The position numbers and the translations under genes were made by a program. The notes under the pieces were generated by a model that saw nothing but the letters and a program-made list of their open reading frames with translations, ran no database searches and was not told where the DNA came from. Positions 15,760 through 20,000 of a stretch of DNA of 20,000 nt are shown here, in pieces. Source of the DNA: an uncultured virus (IMG/VR IMGVR_UViG_3300043410_000754) (lineage: Duplodnaviria > Heunggongvirae > Uroviricota > Caudoviricetes); IMG/VR virus record IMGVR_UViG_3300043410_000754, one strand, 5' to 3'. Every line of letters starts with the position of its first letter. The first letter of the stretch is position 1.

Positions 15760-15784
15760 AAAAGGGGGCTTCGGCCCCCTTTTT
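15760..15784 (+). terminator. intrinsic (bidirectional) terminator after MCP
   Basis: AAAAGGGGGC-TTCG-GCCCCCTTTTT. Confidence 0.9.
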
Positions 15785-15786
15785 AG

Positions 15787-15814
15787 TTGACACGCCATTC
15801 TTTTGGTGTATATT
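15787..15814 (+). promoter_or_regulatory. sigma70-like promoter
   Basis: TTGACA, 16 nt, TATATT directly after the terminator. Confidence 0.6.
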
Positions 15815-15820
15815 GGCGGC

Positions 15821-15895
15821 ATCTGGGTGATCCGCCTTGCCGCCACTGCCCCAGCAGACGATGCAACGATTGGCAAGGTACTTTTGCATAAGGAA
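15821..15895 (+). ncRNA. candidate structured leader RNA (interlocked helices); possibly the Mu-gpT-DE motif
   Basis: Three complementary pairs in interleaved order; downstream of a Mu-gpT-like capsid gene. Confidence 0.55.
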
Positions 15896-15903
15896 TCTTT
15901 GCT

Positions 15904-16587
15904 ATGGCACGCGCAACATTCGACGGTCCGGTCCTCGTTGGTGACAACCGTTTTGGCCCCCTCCGTAACGTCGGCACCGCCGAACTCGTTCAGGGCATTA
16001 CCCTCAACTTTGGCAACGTGACCCCCGCTACGGCTGGGTACGGCGGCGGCTCCGGCATTTTTGCCGGCAGCAACAACATCCTGAACACCCCGGCGCAGGT
16101 CTATACCCCTGGCTCCAACCCCCCCACCGCGCAGACGATCACCGCTGACGTGGTCAACGCTTCCTCGTTGTATCGTGGCGCTGTGTTCTATGTGCCGGTT
16201 GGCGCTGATCTGCATGACCTGCTGATCGACGTGCAGGCAGTCCCCACGTTTGGTTCCGGTTCGTTCGGTAACCTCCAGTTCTTCTGCTCCAACAAGTTTG
16301 ACGGCGCGGCTGGCAGTTACTTCCAAACTGGCGCTACGGGCGGTATTGGTCGTACGGCGCTATCCACGTTTACCGCCGCACAGATGGCTGCGCAGCAATC
16401 TACGTCCGCCGATATTCTGCAGGGTAGCGGCCAGCCGAACGTTTCTCAGGTTGTCGTGACTTGCGTTATCAACGGCACGACCATGAACTCGCTCAACGGC
16501 GGCATCATCAACATCACGCTGCGCTACGGTGTGCCCGATAACAACATCGGCAACGCCACCACGTACCCCTACGGTAACCTGGACTGA
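15904..16587 (+). CDS. probable virion structural protein, 227 aa
   Basis: AAGGA SD; Gly/Thr/Asn-rich; MARATFDGPV start. Confidence 0.75.
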   Translation: MARATFDGPVLVGDNRFGPLRNVGTAELVQGITLNFGNVTPATAGYGGGSGIFAGSNNILNTPAQVYTPGSNPPTAQTITADVVNASSLYRGAVFYVPVGADLHDLLIDVQAVPTFGSGSFGNLQFFCSNKFDGAAGSYFQTGATGGIGRTALSTFTAAQMAAQQSTSADILQGSGQPNVSQVVVTCVINGTTMNSLNGGIINITLRYGVPDNNIGNATTYPYGNLD

Positions 16588-16594
16588 TGGTTGA

Positions 16595-16619
16595 CGGGGG
16601 CTCCGGCCCCCGCCTTTTT
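16595..16619 (+). terminator. intrinsic terminator
   Basis: CGGGGGC-TCCG-GCCCCCG then CCTTTTT. Confidence 0.7.
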
Positions 16620-16630
16620 GGAGTACGAGC

Positions 16631-16921
16631 ATGATGCAGACTGATGTAAGCAGCAGCCACCTGAGCACCAGCGGCACGATGTATAACGGCCCGACTCGTT
16701 TGCGCGGGCTGATTATTTGCCCCGCTGTGAGCACAGCCGCTACGATTCGTTTCCGTGACGGTAGCGCCACCGGGAGCATCCTTTTGGAAATCGACGTGGT
16801 TGCCAACACGAACCCCAATACCTACACCTTCGATATTCCGGGGGAAGGCATCCGTTTCCCTACGTCGTTGTATATGACAACGAGCGCGGCAGTCACGGGT
16901 GTTACGGTGTTCTATGGCTAA
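16631..16921 (+). CDS. 96-aa beta-rich probable virion protein
   Basis: GGAG SD; IPGEGIRF and VTVFYG end. Confidence 0.8.
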   Translation: MMQTDVSSSHLSTSGTMYNGPTRLRGLIICPAVSTAATIRFRDGSATGSILLEIDVVANTNPNTYTFDIPGEGIRFPTSLYMTTSAAVTGVTVFYG

Positions 16922-17159
16922 GTCGCCCGCATGGCAGCGCAAGGAAGGCAAGAACCCCAATGGCGGACTCAACGCCAAGGGGCGAGCCTCTGCGAAAAAG
17001 CAGGGGATGGACCTCAAGCCTCCGCAGCCCGAGGGCGGCAAACGCCGCGACTCTTTTTGCGCCCGTATGGAGGGCATGAAGAAGAAGTTGACCGGCGAGA
17101 AGGCCAAGAAGGACCCGAACTCCAGAATCAATAAAAGCCTGAAGGCGTGGAATTGCTGA
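16914..17159 (+). CDS. 81-aa basic phage protein (GGLNAKGRAS...SFCARM...WNC)
   Basis: ORF trimmed to ATG 16914; overlaps upstream stop; motif set recalled from uncultured phages. Confidence 0.8.
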   Translation: MAKSPAWQRKEGKNPNGGLNAKGRASAKKQGMDLKPPQPEGGKRRDSFCARMEGMKKKLTGEKAKKDPNSRINKSLKAWNC

Positions 17160-17160
17160 G

Positions 17161-17415
17161 ATGGACCCGGTACATATCCTGTGGAGTAGCGTGCTGTCGT
17201 TCCTGACCGCGATCGTTATGTGGACGCTGAAAGAGAAGTCGGCGGACATCAAGCGATTGGAAGTGTTGTTGAGCAAGACTCGTGAAGAACACGCACGTGA
17301 CTACGTGACCAAGGCTGATGTCCATAGCGATATCAACCGTGTGCTGTCTCGATTGGACCGCTTGGAGGGCAAGCTCGACGAGTTCATGAAGGAGCAGAGA
17401 AGTGCCCTCGGCTAA
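17161..17415 (+). CDS. 84-aa protein, N-terminal TM helix plus coiled coil (holin-like topology)
   Basis: ILWSSVLSFLTAIVMW followed by heptads; function inferred. Confidence 0.7.
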   Translation: MDPVHILWSSVLSFLTAIVMWTLKEKSADIKRLEVLLSKTREEHARDYVTKADVHSDINRVLSRLDRLEGKLDEFMKEQRSALG

Positions 17416-17803
17416 TAAGCGTCAACACAATCTGATGGCGATGGTCGCTAACGACCCCGCTGCAGCAAAGCGGACCGGCATCCCCCAGTCCGTGGGTAAG
17501 GAGTTCGTGCAAGCGGACAAAGGACTGAAGTTGAAAGGGAGCGCCGAACAGCGCCCTGATCGGCAAGTGGTTAACCGTTCCGAAACCAGCCACGGCAAGT
17601 CCGGGCTATTCAAACAAGGAGGCCTTATGGCTACGAAGAAAATGGCATCTGGTGGTAGCGTTGACGCTGGTAACAGCACGAAGATGCAAAAAGTTAAAAC
17701 GGCTGCTCCCAGCCGCGATGGTGTTGCTTCCAAGGGCAAGACCAAAGGTAAGCAAGTTTCCATGCCCGGTAACAAAGGCATGAAAAAAGGCGGCAAGTGC
17801 TGA
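17402..17803 (+). CDS. basic protein with xxGG motifs and DGVASKGKTKG
   Basis: GTG start with AAGGAG SD; second in-frame ATG at 17627 with AAGGAGG. Confidence 0.75.
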   Translation: MPSANKRQHNLMAMVANDPAAAKRTGIPQSVGKEFVQADKGLKLKGSAEQRPDRQVVNRSETSHGKSGLFKQGGLMATKKMASGGSVDAGNSTKMQKVKTAAPSRDGVASKGKTKGKQVSMPGNKGMKKGGKC

Positions 17804-17817
17804 TTTAGGAGATCACG

Positions 17818-18351
17818 ATGCCTGAAATGGACCCCTTAGAAGAAGCGAATGCGAGCGAAGACCCGATTGCGGCTTTGAACAAGCGCAAAGGGTGGACCGG
17901 CACGGACGAAGAGCCCGCTGCCCCCGCTGTGTCTAAACCCAGCTTCAAAGAGGCGTTCGCTTCTGCGCGTCGTGCTGGCGACAAAACCTTTGAGTGGAAC
18001 GGCAAGAAGTTCACGACCGAGCTGGCAACCGAAAAGAAGCCCGCGCCGAGAGCTGAACCCAAAGCTGAGGCGGAAAAGCAAGCTCCCAAAGCTCCCCTGC
18101 GGCAGGAGACCATGCAGGAACGAGCTGAGAGCTATGTTGCCAAACGCGCTGCGCAACGGGCAGCGGACGCCGCTGCAAAGAGTGCCGCTGCCGCAAATAA
18201 GCCCGCTGTGGCTATCCCCAGCCGTGGCCGCATCGACACGTCTCGGGTCAATCCGAACACGCTGTTGCCGATGAAGAAGGGTGGTGTGACAGCCTCCCGT
18301 CGCGCCGACGGTATCGCCTCTCGGGGCAAAACTCGTGGAAAGATTTACTGA
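17818..18351 (+). CDS. 177-aa protein with shared C-terminal tail
   Basis: AGGAG SD; FKEAFASARRAGDKTFEWNGKKFTT module; ends MKKGGVTASRRADGIASRGKTRGKIY. Confidence 0.85.
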   Translation: MPEMDPLEEANASEDPIAALNKRKGWTGTDEEPAAPAVSKPSFKEAFASARRAGDKTFEWNGKKFTTELATEKKPAPRAEPKAEAEKQAPKAPLRQETMQERAESYVAKRAAQRAADAAAKSAAAANKPAVAIPSRGRIDTSRVNPNTLLPMKKGGVTASRRADGIASRGKTRGKIY

Positions 18352-18352
18352 C

Positions 18353-18634
18353 ATGGGAAAAGGTATCTACACCGCCGACATGGGCCAACCGCCCATGGAC
18401 CCCGAAGTGGCTCCCCCGTCTAAACCCAAGGCCAAGAAGGAAGCTCCGAAGCCGAAGGAAAAGACCAAGGGCGACTCCGTTTGGACGGAGCAGTCTGGCA
18501 TTCCGGTTCCGCAAGAACCCGAAGTCGCCAAGCGCAAAGGTGGCTATGTTGCTGCAGCCGACGGGATCGCTTCTCGCGGCAAGACTCGCGGCACCATGGT
18601 CATGTGCGGTGGCGGCATGGCCAAAAGGAAGTAA
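18353..18634 (+). CDS. 93-aa protein with shared C-terminal tail
   Basis: ATG separated by 1 nt from upstream stop; KRKGGYVAAADGIASRGKTRG. Confidence 0.8.
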   Translation: MGKGIYTADMGQPPMDPEVAPPSKPKAKKEAPKPKEKTKGDSVWTEQSGIPVPQEPEVAKRKGGYVAAADGIASRGKTRGTMVMCGGGMAKRK

Positions 18635-18636
18635 TC

Positions 18637-19002
18637 ATGCCGAAGCCCACCGAGGAAAGCCGGGAAAGCGACATCGCCAAGCTATCTCTTGAGCTGAAAA
18701 AGCTCAATGACGAACACAAGCGTGAGGGCGCGGAGCGCCTGTCAAAGTCTTCCAACGCCGCCGACAGAGAAATGGCGGAAAACTGGAAGAAAAACCTAGC
18801 TAACGATACGTCCACCATGATCCAAACCCGTGAGGGTTCTGGGCGACGTATTGGCCCCGATGGGCGCCCTGTAGGCCCCGAGTTGAAAAAGCTCGGACAT
18901 GGAGAGTACCAAACCGAAAAGAAAGCTAAAGGCGGTATGACCGCTTCCCGCCGTGCTGATGGCATCGCCTCTCGCGGCAAGACTCGGGGGAAATATCTAT
19001 GA
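18637..19002 (+). CDS. 121-aa protein with shared C-terminal tail
   Basis: ORF trimmed to ATG 18637 (AAGGA SD); ends KAKGGMTASRRADGIASRGKTRGKYL. Confidence 0.85.
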   Translation: MPKPTEESRESDIAKLSLELKKLNDEHKREGAERLSKSSNAADREMAENWKKNLANDTSTMIQTREGSGRRIGPDGRPVGPELKKLGHGEYQTEKKAKGGMTASRRADGIASRGKTRGKYL

Positions 19003-19481
19003 TGGCCAGCCGGGGTATGGGCGCAATTCGTGCATCCAAGATGCCGAAGAAGGAAGTTATTCACCGCAAGGACAAGCCGCAAGACGTGGACATGTACGCT
19101 GCTGGTGGCATGACCGTGCGTAACGCCCGCGCCCCCGGCGCGATCGAGAACGCTGACACGGTTGACAAACCTAAAGGCCCCGGTAACCCCGCAGGTAGGT
19201 ACAGCACGCTGCTGGACTCAGACCTGCAAAAAGCCAAGGCCAAGGCCCAGAGCATGGGGCTCAGCAAAGAAGTCCAAGCCATCGGCGAGGAAGAAGCCCT
19301 GCGTGGCCGACTCAAAGGCATGAAGCGTGGGGGCAATGTGTGGTCGGAGCCGCGCCCCCAGAAACTTGGCAAGTCCAAGGAGCTGACGGAGTACCAGAAG
19401 CACACTGCCCAGTCCCGCGCTCGTCGCAAGGGTCGGGCGTACCCCAACCTCATCGACAACATGTGGGCCACAAAGGAGTGA
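18999..19481 (+). CDS. 160-aa basic protein with YAAGG/MKRGG motifs
   Basis: ATGA overlap; C-terminal GRAYPNLIDNMWA. Confidence 0.8.
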   Translation: MMASRGMGAIRASKMPKKEVIHRKDKPQDVDMYAAGGMTVRNARAPGAIENADTVDKPKGPGNPAGRYSTLLDSDLQKAKAKAQSMGLSKEVQAIGEEEALRGRLKGMKRGGNVWSEPRPQKLGKSKELTEYQKHTAQSRARRKGRAYPNLIDNMWATKE

Positions 19482-19483
19482 TC

Positions 19484-19660
19484 ATGGCTGAGAAATGGAT
19501 TCAGAAAGCAATCAAGAAACCCGGTGCCTTGCGCAAGGAGCTTGGTGTCCCCGCTGGGAAGACTATCCCGGCAAAGAAGTTGGCTTCCGCTGCTAAGAAA
19601 CCCGGTAAACTGGGCCAACGAGCACGCCTAGCCGAAACCCTCAAAGGCATGAAAAAGTAA
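19484..19660 (+). CDS. 58-aa Lys-rich protein (MAEKWIQKAIKKPGALRKELGV...)
   Basis: AAGGAG SD; ORF trimmed to ATG 19484. Confidence 0.8.
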   Translation: MAEKWIQKAIKKPGALRKELGVPAGKTIPAKKLASAAKKPGKLGQRARLAETLKGMKK

Positions 19661-19669
19661 GGAGCCGCT

Positions 19670-19897
19670 ATGTCCCAGTTCAATTTGACCCCTGAAGAAG
19701 ACCAACTCGTGGTGGATGCCCTGCAGGCTAAGACCGCACAGTATCTGGCCATGTACGGCGTTATCGACCCCGTCGCGTCGTCTCTGCTGGAAAAGCTGTT
19801 GGGCCAATTGCCCGCCGTCGTGGCCGCAGCACCCGAGGCTGTCGTCGAGCAAGCACAAGCTGAAGCAGCCCCCGCCGAAGTTCCCGCTGAGGAGTAA
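19670..19897 (+). CDS. 75-aa acidic Ala-rich hypothetical protein
   Basis: TAAGGAG SD. Confidence 0.75.
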   Translation: MSQFNLTPEEDQLVVDALQAKTAQYLAMYGVIDPVASSLLEKLLGQLPAVVAAAPEAVVEQAQAEAAPAEVPAEE

Positions 19898-19899
19898 TC

Positions 19900-20000
19900 A
19901 TGGCCAACACGTCTGGCACCGCATCATTCAACCTTGACTTAGCCGAGCTGGTCGAGGAAGCGTTCGAGCGTGCCGGACGTGAGCTTCGTTCCGGCTACGA
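19900..20000 (+). CDS. N-terminus of probable head-tail adaptor/virion protein (MANTSGTASFNLDLAELVEEAFERAG...)
   Basis: GAGGAG SD; frame open to window end; function inferred. Confidence 0.6.
   Translation, partial: MANTSGTASFNLDLAELVEEAFERAGRELRSGY

Noticed and set aside
9118..16326. Long minus-strand ORFs (9118..9972, 10453..11901, 13979..14875, 14868..15644, 15556..16326)
   Set aside because: Antisense to portal and capsid genes; expected from codon bias in GC-rich coding DNA.
1..20000. Stop-codon reassignment (none of the called genes ends in TAG)
   Set aside because: Core genes are intact in the standard code with no in-frame TAG; TAG is normally the rarest stop and ATGA coupling favours TGA.

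Overview
The window is a segment of a tailed dsDNA bacteriophage genome (Caudoviricetes), probably an uncultured environmental phage of a proteobacterial host (inference). It has two divergent halves. Left (1-6423, minus strand) is an 'early' region of about 22 mostly small, translationally coupled hypothetical genes. The main array is driven by a near-consensus sigma70 promoter at 4783-4811, and the region is interrupted by an AT-rich non-coding block (about 4790-5460) holding iteron-like repeats and two inverted IHF-consensus sites. Right (6848-20000, plus strand) is the packaging/head module: probable small terminase, large terminase, portal, GroES-like co-chaperonin, scaffold, Mu-gpT-like major capsid protein, then small virion-associated genes. 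Five signals stand out. (1) A 13-bp interrupted palindrome CTAAC-AWT-GTTAG occurs 13 times (8 exact), only in the first 6.6 kb, and often supplies the stop and start codons at gene junctions. (2) An expanded family of divergent micro-proteins fills the early region. (3) The non-coding block has an ori/att-like architecture. (4) A candidate double-pseudoknot RNA lies just downstream of the capsid gene. (5) Four consecutive late genes have unrelated N-termini but share a C-terminal 'DG(I/V)AS(R/K)GKT(R/K)G' tail, in three of them directly after KGG. All calls were made by eye; no searches were run.
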